NCBI RefSeq assembly: GCF_001194135.2
Contig: NC_068990.1
Coordinates: forward strand, 11,333,648-11,397,647
Direction: 5' to 3'
From: Octopus bimaculoides
Lineage: Eukaryota
DNA: 64,000 nucleotides
The notes beneath the pieces were generated by a model that was not told the DNA's origin, did not search any database, and saw only the letters and a list, made by a program, of their open reading frames with translations. Shown here in pieces: positions 52,265-64,000 of the stretch (positions are counted from its first letter, which is position 1; each line of letters opens with the position of its first letter). The position numbers and the translations under genes were made by a program.

Positions 52265-52520
52265 TTGTTTTTAATGTAGATTGCTGAGAGTATTATTGCG
52301 AATAGGAGTGACCAAAATGGGTTCCTTCAAAGTTTCTCTGGAGTATTGTTATCCCAGAGATCCTTCACTGGCTTTGAGGTTAGGAAGTGTCTCCAGGGCA
52401 AGATACTGCTTCCCCACATTGAGAAGTCACGGTTCTGGTACTACAGTCATGTGATTAGAAAGATGTGGGATTCTTCTGGTCCAGTGATGGCTTTTCTCTG
52501 TGGGAAGCGAAGGACTTAAC
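52265..52520 (+). pseudogene. RTE-clade LINE ORF2 C-terminal fragment
   Basis: NGFLQSFSGVLLSQRSFTGFEVRKCLQGKILLPHIEKSRFWYYSHVIRKM resembles the RTE segment FLRR..G..L.DR.RS..IR..L.V..LL..IE..QLRW.GHV.RM. Confidence 0.6.
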
Positions 52521-52789
52521 TGATTAAGCAAGTAGTGTGAAGGTATGGACTGGTAGTTAGGCTTTTAAACATATGATCATAGGGTTGTAGGTTCAGTTTC
52601 TGAATCAGAAGGTAGTTTGGGTTCCCTATGCATGGCACTTCATTTCATGAAGTCCCAGTTAAACCACTCCAAAAATGAGGTGCATCTCCTGCAGTGTAGT
52701 GGCACATCACAGGCTATCAGCCCTGACTTGTGCAAATGCAAGATATCAGTGGCCCTTGTTGGATACAGTGACAATGGGTGATGAAGAGG

Positions 52790-53490
52790 AGGAGGAGAAG
52801 GATGATGATGATGATGATGATGATGACGACGACGATGATGGTGGCAGTGGCAATGATGGTCAATTTGGTGGTCTTGGTAGTGGTCATGGTGATGGTGATG
52901 GTGATGATAATATTGATGGTGGTAATGGTAATGACGATGGTGGTGGTAGTGGTGGTGGTAGTGGTGGTGGTAGTGGTGGTGGTAGTGGCGGTGGTAGTGG
53001 TAGTAGTAGTGGTGGTGGTGGTGGTGNNNNNNNNNNNNNNNNNNNNNNNNNNNNNNNNNNNNNNNNNNNNNNNNNNNNNNNNNNNNNNNNNNNNNNNNNN
53101 NNNNNNNNNNNNNNNNNNNNNNNNNNNNNNNNNNNNNNNNNNNNNNNNNNNNNNNNNNNNNNNNNNNNNNNNNNNNNNNNNNNNNNNNNNNNNNNNNNNN
53201 NNNNNNNNNNNNNNNNNNNNNNNNNNNNNNNNNNNNNNNNNNNNNNNNNNNNNNNNNNNNNNNNNNNNNNNNNNNNNNNNNNNNNNNNNNNNNNNNNNNN
53301 NNNNNNNNNNNNNNNNNNNNNNNNNNNNNNNNNNNNNNNNNNNNNNNNNNNNNNNNNNNNTGGTGGTGGTAGTGGTGGTGGTAGTGGCGGTGGTAGTGGT
53401 GGTGGTGCTGGTGGTGCTGGTGGTGGTGTTGGTGGTGCTGGTGCTGCTGGTGCTGCTGGTGGTGCTGGTGGTGGTTGTGGTGTTGGTAGA
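52790..53490. repeat. (GAT)n/(GGT)n/(GCT) trinucleotide tract spanning a gap
   Basis: Direct sequence; N run at 53027-53360. A TAG/CAG tract follows at 53830-53950. Confidence 0.9.
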
Positions 53491-54342
53491 CAGATATTAA
53501 GAGAAATCGTTTTTAACTTAATGGATAAATATACTTTCTACTCAAGTAGGAAGGGTTGTTGTACTTGAACATGGTTCAGGACTCTCCAAACCTCACACTG
53601 GTCTCAGTGATAATGAGATCCCACACTTATATTATATTAAAATCTGGTGGTTGAAAATCAAAATCAGAGAGAAGTAATTATTCTCTTGTGAAAAAGACAG
53701 GATGAAACAAATTGCTTTATAACATTATTAATTGTAAGAAAGACATAGTCACATGACGAAAATTATTAATCATAAGACAACATGATATAAATAGTGTGGC
53801 CATATTTTGCTGTCTATTTGTTTGTTTGTTTGTTAGTAGTAGTGGCAGTAGTAGTAGTAGTAGTAGTGGCAGTAGCTGCAGAAGCAGCAGCAGCAGCAGT
53901 GGTAGTAGTAGAAGAAGTAGTAGTAGTAGTAGTAGGTTGTTGCTGCTGTTGTTTAACCACAGGTTAATCTCAAACAAGCAAACCTAATGAAAAGCATTAC
54001 AGCCTTGATCAGCCCATTCTTTATTTCAGTGTGTTGCATACCAAGGACTACATTATCAAATGTGTTTGTTTCTATTTCCAATACAATAAAGTAGGATTTG
54101 AGTGAGATATATTGACTATTTCTAGCAAGCCAAGCCACCATGTATAGATTCCTTCATCAATGAGATGTGAATAACAATAGTCATGCTATAGCAATGAAAT
54201 GTTACTGTGGTGCACATAAGGTAAATATGTATGGAACCAGTGAGTTAAATAACAGAAATGGAATAGCAATATGTTAAGAATTGAGTGAATTGTTTACATC
54301 TTGTTCAACCATAATCTTACATTCCTATGATCTAAGATAAGC

Positions 54343-54604
54343 ATTCTTTTATTCTTTTATTCTTTTATTAGTTTCAGTCATATGACTTCGACCATGCAGG
54401 TGCACCGTCTTTAGTCAAACGAATCGACCCCAGGACTTATTCTTTTTAAGCCTTATACTTATTCTATTGGTCTCTTTTGCCGAACTTCTAAGTTATGGCA
54501 TTGTAAACACACCAACATTGGTGCGATGGTGGGGGACACACAAACATATATATATATATATATCCCTTCTTGGGATTGTCACATTAAGTTGACAATACAC
54601 TACA

Positions 54605-54654
<50 letters not shown>

Positions 54655-54688
54655 TGGGATTGTCACATTAAGTTGACAATACACTACA

Positions 54689-54731
<43 letters not shown>

Positions 54732-54884
54732 GACAGGCTTCTTTCAGTTTCCGTCTACCAAATCCACTCACAAGGTTTTGATCAGCCCGAGGCTATAGTA
54801 GAAGACACTTGCCCAAGGTGCCACGCAGTTGGACTGAACCCAGAACCATGTGGTTGGTAAGCAAGCTACTTACCACACAGTCAA
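54343..54884 (-). mobile_element. SINE family A with a duplicated 46-bp cassette in its (TA)n spacer
   Basis: Complete head and tail. Cassette at 54564-54609 and 54648-54693. Confidence 0.9.
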
Positions 54885-55061
54885 TCCTATACATTATCTT
54901 GTAGCTTCAAGATTTTGATGACGTGATAGTTTATTTTTAAAATGACATTGTAGGGTAGGTGTAAGATGTAGAATCTGGCTGGTTTGAAAATAAAACAAGT
55001 GGAATATTTTGACCAGATATGGCTGGTTTAAGTGCAAAAGTGTTAAAGCAACAACCTTTTG

Positions 55062-55499
55062 ATTTTCTATCATTTACTTGTTTCTGTTATTCGACTGTGG
55101 CCATGCTGGGGCACCACCTTGAAGAAATTGTAGTCAGATGAATCAACCCCAGCACTTATTTTTCTTTTTCAGCTTGGTACTTACTCTATCAGTTTCTTTT
55201 GCCGAACCGCTAAGTTACAGGGACATAAACACACCAGTACCGGTTATCAAGCGGTGGTGGGTGGACAAACAAACACACACACACACACACACATACACAT
55301 ACACATGCACACACACTCTCATGCATACACACATATATATGATGGGCTTTTTTCAGTTTCCATCTACCAAATCCACTCACAAGGCTTTGGTTGACCCAAG
55401 CTTAGTTGAAGACACTTGCCCAAGGTGCCAAGCAGTGAGACTGAACCCAGAACCATGTGGTTGGGAAGCACACTTCTCACTACACACAGCCACACCGCC
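55062..55499 (-). mobile_element. SINE subfamily A2, full length
   Basis: Head, CA spacer and A2-type tail. Confidence 0.85.
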
Positions 55500-56935
55500 A
55501 CCTGTAACAGACAATGATTTTGTTGACATTTTTAGTACATAGAACGCTTTTGTGTCGCTATTTTTTCCTTCAGTCACTGAGTGCAGTTGTATTAAAATAA
55601 GTTGATAAATATATGCTATAGATAGTTGGTCATGTGATTATGTAATGAAAGGGGATAGTCATGTCAGTATGCAATGACAGAGGACAGTCACATGATCGAT
55701 TGTCATAATATGACAATTGATCAGGTATTTTTCTTCTTTTTCAATATCATACTTTAGAAACCATATTAATGTGGAGATGTTTTTGTGCATTTTCATTTAT
55801 TTTACTTCATTCATACAAATTCAAATAAATGTAATTAATTGTTTCAAACACTAAATATTTGTAATAGTATTTCCTGCTCATTTTTTCATTCCATTTATAT
55901 TCTCAAAGAGTCTTATGCCATGTGATTCATCATAGCCAAAAGGTTTCTGGTTTCTAATGAGGGTCACTTCCTCTTACTCTAAAGTATGAATACACATTTC
56001 CATAGGGGATTTGAACTCACAACTACACAATAATATATATCACTTCTTCATTTGACAATGTTTCCTCTATTTGCAGTATTGATTGTTATTGCTGTTGCAG
56101 TCATCACGACCATTGTCATCACCTTCATTGTCATCACTATTGGTTAGCACAAGAATAGCCCTGAAAGTATGGAGGCAGGTAGTGGAACAACTTGACATAA
56201 TCCACAGATCCATAGATCCATTGTTGTAAATAAACTACAATAATCCTATCATGTGCACTCTAGCTCTAACAGTTTACCATACAAGGGAGCTATGTAGAAT
56301 TTCAGATACATTACTGCTTTTTCTTCACTGATTCAGGTGAGGTGATTCACTAGATTCAGGTAAGGACTTCAATAGATGGTAACTGGTAAAGGGGATTTGA
56401 TCAAAACATAACAGTTGTTGCTTTTTAATGTTTATCTCATACTCTGTTGATTTGCCTCTCTGTGTTCTATTCTTGGCCCCAGTTACCCTCTGTTTACTCT
56501 TAAATTAGCCCTGATCAAGTAGACCTATGATGAAAGGTATCCCAGTTGTGACCATCTTATCTTTTTACATATGAATAACTAAAATAATTATCATGTCCTT
56601 CTTTCTTCTAAGAAGGTAGGATGTAATTTGAGGGCAGTTTCGCTGTTATTTCTAGTAGATTGAGCAAGCATATTGAGATTCCTTCGTTGGCTTATTCACA
56701 TCTTCGTGATAGGCATAGCATCCTTAAAGTCAGGGCCTCTCACACCTATCCTACAATGTCATTCCAAAAATATACTATCATGTGACTGAAATTTTTGAAG
56801 TTATGAGATCATACAGATTAAATTCAAAATGATGTGAATTAATAAACATTATGTTTGATAAAGTGATCTGAATACAAAAGTATTAAAGTGATCGCAATTA
56901 AAACATCCATCAAAATTCCATCTTAATTTATCTTT

Positions 56936-57131
56936 TTATCTTTCACTTGTTTCACTCATTATACTGTGGCATAACCATGAAGAATTTTAGCTGCATGAAT
57001 CGACCCCTGTACTTTTTATTTAAGCCTAGTACTTATTCTATTGGTCTCTTTTGCTGAATCGCTAAGCTATGTGGATGTAAACAAACCAATACTGGTTACC
57101 AAGCAGTGGTGGGGGGAAACATAAACACTCA

Positions 57132-57167
<36 letters not shown>

Positions 57168-57177
57168 NNNNNNNNNN

Positions 57178-57217
<40 letters not shown>

Positions 57218-58092
57218 GCATTGTGTTCCACCCACATGTAACATCAATTTCACACACCCTACCTCAATAAATCAAACTATGTTTCTCCTTCTTCGTGCGC
57301 TATGCTTATCTCTCCCCACCACTCCTGCTGCCCAATCTTGTCCTCCCCACTGCCAATTGTATCATTACTACCCTGTCATTCCCCCCTACATAAATGGGTT
57401 TCACCACCAGTCACTGTATTCTTCACTTCCATCTCCATCCTATTAGCGTTCTCATGAACTCTCTTCTCATGCAACCTGAGCAATCCGCTACCATTCCATT
57501 TATACTTATAGCCTTGTACTTTAAGGATATACCCTGGCACATCACCACCATCTCTCTTGCTCTCTGTCATTCTCACCCGCTCTCTCTTGCTCACTCACCC
57601 TCTCTCTCTCCCTCCGACTGGGGTAACCATGTATTTTTTCTACAGCAAGACACCTGTTTCTATCTCTTCGTAATATTCTAATATTCCATCACTTGACACA
57701 AGGACACTTCCTTTAATACTGCCAAAAGAAGCTTTATCTTGCATGTTACTTAGTGACTTTACTGGTGTTGGGGGCCATTAAACAATACTGAGTCCACTCC
57801 ATAAAGTGGTTGGCATTAGGAAAATGTATCCGGCCATAAAATCAATAACAAAGCACACAGTGGAGCTTGGCACAGCCCTCTGGCTTACCGGTTCCTGTGA
57901 AACCATCTAACACATGCCAGCATGGTAGATGGACGTTAAATAATGGACTTTTGGTTTCCACCTACCGAATCCACTTGCAAGGCATTGGTCAGCCTGAGGC
58001 TATAGAAGAATACGTTTGCTGAAGGTGCCACTCAGCAGGGCTGAACCTTAGACCATGTGGTTAGGGAACAAACTTCTTACCACACAGCCACA
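56936..58092 (-). mobile_element. Family A tail (56936-57125) and head (57950-58092) separated by nested inserts
   Basis: Both halves are in the same orientation. The intervening DNA includes (CA)n, a gap, a pyrimidine-rich segment and a family C copy on the opposite strand. Confidence 0.5.
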
Positions 58093-58366
58093 TCTGAGCC
58101 TTATTTTCCAAGTGTAAGCTCAATAGTGACAAAACCAATTTACTAAATTCTTCATTATTTTCAAATTCAGTTGAGATGAAAGCAGTGAATTTTAACAAAA
58201 AATTGGAAAGAAAAGTATTAAATTTATGGAGAATGCATTGAGCAAGATTAAATTATATTTTTTGCAATATTTAGATTTGTTACAATAAATTTTGTTCAAA
58301 TATTGCTAGAATCAAACTAGTCTCATTAAAATAAGAACCAGTAATACACTTGTTACAACCATATAT

Positions 58367-58746
58367 TGTTGGCACTCCATCGCTTACGACGTTGAGGGTT
58401 CCAGTTGATCTAATCAACGGAACATCCTGCTCATGAAATTAACGTCCAAGTGGCTGAGCACTCTACAGACACGTGTACCCTTAACGTGGTTCTCGGGGAT
58501 ATTCAGCGTGACACAGTGTGACAAGGCTGACCCTTTGAATTACAGGTACAACAGAAACAGGAAGAAAGAGTGAGAGAAAGTTGTAGTGAAAGAGTACAGC
58601 AGGGTTCACCACCATCCCCTGCCAGAGCATTGTGGAGCTTTAGGTGTTTTCGCTCAATAAACACTCACAACGCCCTGTCTGGGAATCGAAACCGCGATCC
58701 TATGACCGCGAGTCTGCTGCCCTAACCACTGGGCCATTGCGCCTCT
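58367..58746 (-). mobile_element. Full-length SINE family B flanked by ~145-bp direct repeats
   Basis: Minus-strand 5' end AGAGGCGCAATGGCCCAGTGGTTAGGG and tail ...GGAGTGCCAACA. Flanking repeats at 58218-58366 and 58753-58895. Confidence 0.9.
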
Positions 58747-60373
58747 ACGGTGTTAAATTGATGGAGAATGCATTGAGCAAGTTACATTTTTAGCAATATT
58801 TAGATTTGTTGCAATAAATTTTGTTCAAATATTGCTAGAATCAAACTAGTCTCATTAAAATAAGAACCAGTAATACAGTTGGTACAACCATATATAACCT
58901 CCTGTGAATAGTCAGACTAGTATTGGTATACTGCATTCAAAGTCGCCAGATTTTTTGTAGCCAACATATAAAAAATTGTTTCTAATTTCATTTTTTCCTT
59001 TCACTGAATTTTATTTTTTTCATTTTTGCTTTTATTTCTATTTAATTTTACTATTTTTTCTGTTTGTAATTTTCCATATTCAATAATGAAAATTATATTA
59101 AAACAAAGTAAACTATGAATAATAATGGGAAGACTCTTGATCTTTTTGCATCTCTCGAATTACAGGATATCCTTTATCAAGATCAAATAATTTGTCCATG
59201 AAATATTGGTTCCTGTATGAAGAAAAAAATATTAAAAAAAAAAAAATTGTTTTAAATATAATATTAGAATTCCATTCCTCATTTTTAGTAAAAGAAATGT
59301 ATTTCATATGAAAGCAGCAATAAAAATCAACCAATAATTTTATTCTGGTAATATAGTCATAAATTCTGAGTCTATATGCAAACTAGATATATTTTTCACT
59401 GTATATTTTAAATATCATACATAGCAAAATTCATTTATTTTTATTTAAGAAAATATATTATCACCAAACATTTGATTGTGTATTCAGCTTCCAAGATTGA
59501 TTTGTTTGCTTTCAGATAGTAAACTATTTCTTTCTTATTTATTTCTAAATAATTTCTTGAGATATTTCTTTCTCGCATTAAATTTTCTTTTAATTTTTTC
59601 CTCATAAGTTGTTCATTAATTAATCAAAATAATTTAAATAGGAATCAACAACATATTGTTTTTTTTTTTTTCCATTTTTGTTCTTTATTCATGAATTTTT
59701 AAAATTTATCTTCTTTCTGCACTGAAATCTTACATTATCAAAGCTGGTTTAGATGGAGTGACATGGGATTAAAATTAAATATTAAAGTATGTTCTATATT
59801 TTATTACCAAACAAAAGTTTAAATCAACAACTTTGTGAACAAGCAAATAGGCAGCTTTACAATGTACTCATTAGAAGATGCACAAAACATAAAACGAAGT
59901 TGTCTTCATTATACAACTGGACATTTCTTTGAAGTCGACTTGTTTGTGTTCAATTCAAGAGAAAAATAATAAAAACGCCAGTCTGTTTAATTAGTTATGA
60001 AATGAATTACTTACAAATGAGTTTTATTTCTTCTTTTGTGACATTTTCTTCTAATTAAATCTAAATTTGTATCATTCTGGAAAATTTTATATTCTTACAG
60101 GAAATCCAAATACTATGTAGAAAGCGTTTGAACATATTACTTTCCAATAGTTTGAATCTTTGGTCTTCTCTCAGAATATCCACTACCAGTAATTGTATCT
60201 ATCTATCTATCTATCTGTATGCATGTATGTATGTATGTATGTATGTATATAGAAGTAATTATGCGTAAACAATATTTTGCAACGAAGAAAGTAATGTCTG
60301 ACTGCATACTGGTTAACATGTTAGCTGAAGCTGCAGGATTTTCATAGTTCAATATTCAGCCAAGAATTATTTT

Positions 60374-60476
60374 AAATATGGAATGCTTCATAAATTTGAA
60401 TGTCATCCCTGTGCAGGGGCCATGCTAAACTTCTGTATCGTCCCAATTTTAGTACATGTATTGCCGAAGCAAATAC
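60374..60476 (-). pseudogene. U6: U6 snRNA full-length copy, probably a pseudogene or divergent variant
   Basis: Minus strand GTATTTGCTTCGGCAATACATGTACTAAAATTGGGACGATACAGAAGTTTAGCATGGCCCCTGCACAGGGATGACATTCAAATTTATGAAGCATTCCATATTT aligns end to end with metazoan U6. It has a 2-nt deletion in the ACAGAGA box and only T3 at the 3' end. Confidence 0.9.
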
Positions 60477-61299
60477 AATATTGAATCTGAAGTGAAAAAT
60501 GAATATGTAGTGTGTTTGTTAAATAGTTTTGAAGATTTTCATTTAATTCATTACCTTGTCTGTCTGTCTGTCTATCTGTCTGTTTGTTCTCTAGCTCACC
60601 CTCTCTCTCCCTCCTCCTCCTCTCTCTCCCTCCTCCTCTCTCTCCCTCCTCCTCCTCTCTCTCCCTCCTCCTCNNNNNNNNNNNNNNNNNNNNNNNNNNN
60701 NNNNNNNNNNNNNNNNNNNNNNNNNNNNNNNNNNNNNNNNNNNNNNNNNNNNNNNNNNNNNNNNNNNNNNNNNNNNNNNNNNNNNNNNNNNNNNNNNNNN
60801 NNNNNNNNNNNNNNNNNNNNNNNNNNNNNNNNNNNNNNNNNNNNNNNNNNNNNNNNNNNNNNNNNNNNNNNNNNNNNNNNNNNNNNNNNNNNNNNNNNNN
60901 NNNNNNNNNNNNNNNNNNNNNNNNNNNNNNNNNNNNNNNNNNNNNNNNNNNNNNNNNNNNNNNNNNNNNNNNNNNNNNNNNNNNNNNNNNNNNNNNNNNN
61001 NNNNNNNNNNNNNNNNNNNNNNNNNNNNNNNNNNNNNNNNNNNNNNNNNNNNNNNNNNNNNNNNNNNNNNNNNNNNNNNNNNNNNNNNNNNNNNNNNNNN
61101 NNNNNNNNNNNNNNNNNNNNNNNNNNNNNNNNNNNNNNNNNNNNNNNNNNNNNNNNNNNNNNNNNNNNNNNNNNNNNNNNNNNNNNNNNNNNNNNNNNNN
61201 NNNNNNNNNNNNNNNNNNNNNNNNNNNNNNNNNNNNNNNNNNNNNNNNNNNNNNNNNNNNNNNNNNNNNCACATATATACAATGGTAAAGACCTCCTTC

Positions 61300-61552
61300 A
61301 GTCATGAATGACCGTGGCATTGCACATAAAAAGTTACCCTCTGTGATACAAATCCAAGTAAGGTTGTTTATAGAAGATCAGCAGCTGCCCATGAATACCA
61401 GCCTCCCCTCTCCATCCCACTGATGTTATCTAAGGGAAAGGCAAACCCTAGTACAGCTTGGCACCAATGACATCACAATTTATTTCTACAGCTGAGTGAA
61501 CTGGACCAATGTGAAATAAGTGTCTTGCTCAAAAACACAACACACAGCCTGC
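61300..61552 (-). mobile_element. CORE-type SINE (label I), 5'-truncated by a family C insertion
   Basis: ATTTCTACAGCTGAGTGAACTGGACCAATGTGAAATAAGTGTCTTGCTCAA is the reverse complement of a CORE-like motif also seen at about 19490. Confidence 0.6.
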
Positions 61553-61875
61553 TAACATGGGTTGGACGATTTGACTGAGGACTGGTGAACTGGGTGCCTA
61601 CACCAGGCTCCAATCTGATTTGGCAGAGTTTCTACAGCTGGATACCCTTCCTAATGCCAACCATTCCGAGAGTGTAGTGGGTGCTTTTACATGCCACCGG
61701 CACAAAGGCCAATCAGACGGTACTGGCAACGCTCACGCTCAAAATGGTGTATTTTACATGCCACCTGCACAGGAGCCAGTCCAGCAGCACTGGCAACGAT
61801 GTTGCTTGAATGTTTTTTCACGTGCCACTGGCACAAGTGCCAATAAGGCGACACTGGCACTTGTGCCGGTAGCAC
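61553..61875 (-). mobile_element. SINE family C with internal ~66-bp units
   Basis: CATGGGTTGGACGATTTGACTGAGGACTGG...CAGCTGGATACCCTTCCTAATGCCAACC, followed by repeated TTTTACATGCCACCGGCAC units. Confidence 0.85.
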
Positions 61876-62654
61876 ATATATATATCGTAACTCATATCCT
61901 CCGACGCTACTCTATCTCTTTCTCTTTCTCTTTCCTTTCCCCCCCTTCGTTCTTCCTCTGTACTACTACGTATCTCGCTTTACCCCTCTCATTCTTCCTC
62001 TGTTACTACTACGTATCTCTTTTTCCCCCTCGTATTTCCTCTCTTTCTCTTTTCCCCTCGTTGCTCACCTATTCTTCTACTTTCTCCCTCTACCACTCTC
62101 TCTCTTCCCTTTACACCGGCATGGTCACATGCTTCCGGTCAATAATCCTTTCCTTCCTTGGCTTTCGCCAAGCAACGCACGCACCACTTTGTCCCTCTCG
62201 GGTCCGTGCCTCATCNNNNNNNNNNNNNNNNNNNNNNNNNNNNNNNNNNNNNNNNNNNNNNNNNNNNNNNNNNNNNNNNNNNNNNNNNNNNNNNNNNNNN
62301 NNNNNNNNNNNNNNNNNNNNNNNNNNNNNNNNNNNNNNNNNNNNNNNNNNNNNNNNNNNNNNNNNNNNNNNNNNNNNNNNNNNNNNNNNNNNNNNNNNNN
62401 NNNNNNNNNNNNNNNNNNNNNNNNNNNNNNNNNNNNNNNNNNNNNNNNNNNNNNNNNNNNNNNNNNNNNNNNNNNNNNNNNNNNNNNNNNNNNNNNNNNN
62501 NNNNNNNNNNNNNNNNNNNNNNNNNNNNNNNNNNNNNNNNNNNNNNNNNNNNNNNNNNNNNNNNNNNNNNNNNNNNNNNNNNNNNNNNNNNNNNNNNNNN
62601 NNNNNNNNNNNNNNNNNTTTCCTGTCTTGTTTTTTGTCCGCCACTACATTCCTC

Positions 62655-62870
62655 CATGGCTAGATTTAATTTGCGTATACTAATTTAATCTGCGATCCAT
62701 GGGACGAGCCGTTTTAGCGATGCGTCCTGCCCAAGCTCGTCGAAACGCCAGTGTTAAAACGTGGGTGGCTGATGAAGGAGAATGTTCTCTATGTGGCTCG
62801 TGTGTTCTCGTCTACGTTTGTTTGCAATGTCCTGTACTCAGATATGCACCTATACATACAGGTAGATGTT
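62655..62870 (+). mobile_element. CpG-rich repeat fragment, possibly Penelope-like
   Basis: Contains GTCGAAACGCC and GCTGATGAAGGAGAATGTTCTCTATGT. The latter resembles the minus strand of 32836-32985 (ACTGATAAAGGGTCTTTCTTTATGTTG). Confidence 0.35.
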
Positions 62871-63108
62871 GGTATGCACATACCTGTACGTATATATGCA
62901 TATACTCATTTACTATTTGTTTTTATATATATATATATACTTACATACACACATGTACACATATACACAAAGATAGATGGATAGAGAAATACACTCACAT
63001 CTATTCATATATACATATGCACAAATATACATATTTATACACATTTATACATTTGGGTGTACTAACAGGAAAAGTACTTAGTTTACATATAATGGACTTG
63101 TGTTTATC

Positions 63109-63163
<55 letters not shown>

Positions 63164-63176
63164 TTATCTATCTATC

Positions 63177-63207
<31 letters not shown>

Positions 63208-63865
63208 ATGAATGCATTTGTGTATATATACTTGTATACACACACACACAATAAATTGGAAATTTTTCCAATGGTGCCATTGCATGAAAAACATAATTTA
63301 AGAGCCAATCTACCATACTTAATTTGGTGAGTCAAAAATAATTTTAAATCAATGGATATTATAACTATAAAGAGAAGAAAAAAATCATTGGTGTTAATGA
63401 AAATTACCCATAAAAGAGGCAAGAGAGAGAACTTCTGTAACACTAACTGGCAATTAATTAGAGGAAGATATACAGGGAGACAGATTGGTCTCATCTTTAG
63501 AAGCTTTGGTGTGCTTCCGTTTTATGAGGCATCCTTGGTAAAACAGTCAACTTACAGCTATTACCAAAATCTCACAACATCTAATAGATATAGATTTTTT
63601 TTTGCAGCGGAGAACGGTTAGTATGAATTATAATTTGCTGATTATGCAAATTAATATAATGACAATGGAAAATTTCCCAGTGGTGCTTTTTCATTATGGT
63701 TATAATTTCAATTGATTAAAAATAATTTTTTGCTCACCACATTATACATGGTATCCCGTGTACAACTCTGTGTGTACATCTATAAATATATATGTGTGTG
63801 TGTGTCTGTTTGTATATACATCTATCATAATCTATTTTTATCTATCTATCTATTTATCTATCTAC

Positions 63866-63921
<56 letters not shown>

Positions 63922-64000
63922 ATATATATATCTATCTATCTATATATATATATATACATATATATAAAAGTATGTATGTACACATACATACACACACATA

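Noticed and set aside
52675-53568. 297-aa Asp/Gly-rich ORF resembling a glycine-rich structural protein
   Set aside because: Built from (GAT)n and (GGT)n tracts with a 334-N gap. All frames are open for trivial reasons and there is no splice or signal-peptide support.
59164-59212. Three candidate exons (9.1, 38.5 and 59.2 kb) all measure 49 nt
   Set aside because: They share no sequence or phase pattern, so this is treated as coincidence.
62730-62800. GAAAC followed by CTGATGA (permuted hammerhead order)
   Set aside because: There is no valid UH triplet (the position would be G) and no room for stem I, so it does not fold as a type II hammerhead.

Overview
AT-rich, repeat-dense eukaryotic DNA from a gapped draft assembly with about 11 N-runs, nearly all next to microsatellites. 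The SINE repertoire, simple-repeat load and composition suggest an octopod cephalopod (inference; no search was run). No intact protein-coding gene, rRNA, true tRNA gene or CRISPR array is supported, and most ORFs in the track are microsatellite artefacts. Transposon content: several tRNA-derived SINE families (my labels A, B, C, E, F, H/I; about 40 copies and fragments), Tc1 and mariner remnants, two Tc1/mariner-type MITEs, a TTAA-flanked MITE family, decayed RTE-clade LINE fragments, a fragment of an RLE-type non-LTR element, a very old LINE region at about 38.7-44.4 kb, and Penelope-like fragments. There is also a full-length U6 snRNA pseudogene or variant, and a few candidate minus-strand host exons. 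Most notable observations: (1) minimal hammerhead-ribozyme motifs in Penelope-like fragments, including a head-to-head inverted pair at 47.2 kb; (2) repeated capture of such fragments in the microsatellite spacer of one SINE family; (3) a SINE flanked by a ~145-bp direct repeat; (4) closely spaced inverted SINEs that would form long dsRNA hairpins. Boundaries of degenerate repeats are approximate and were set by eye.
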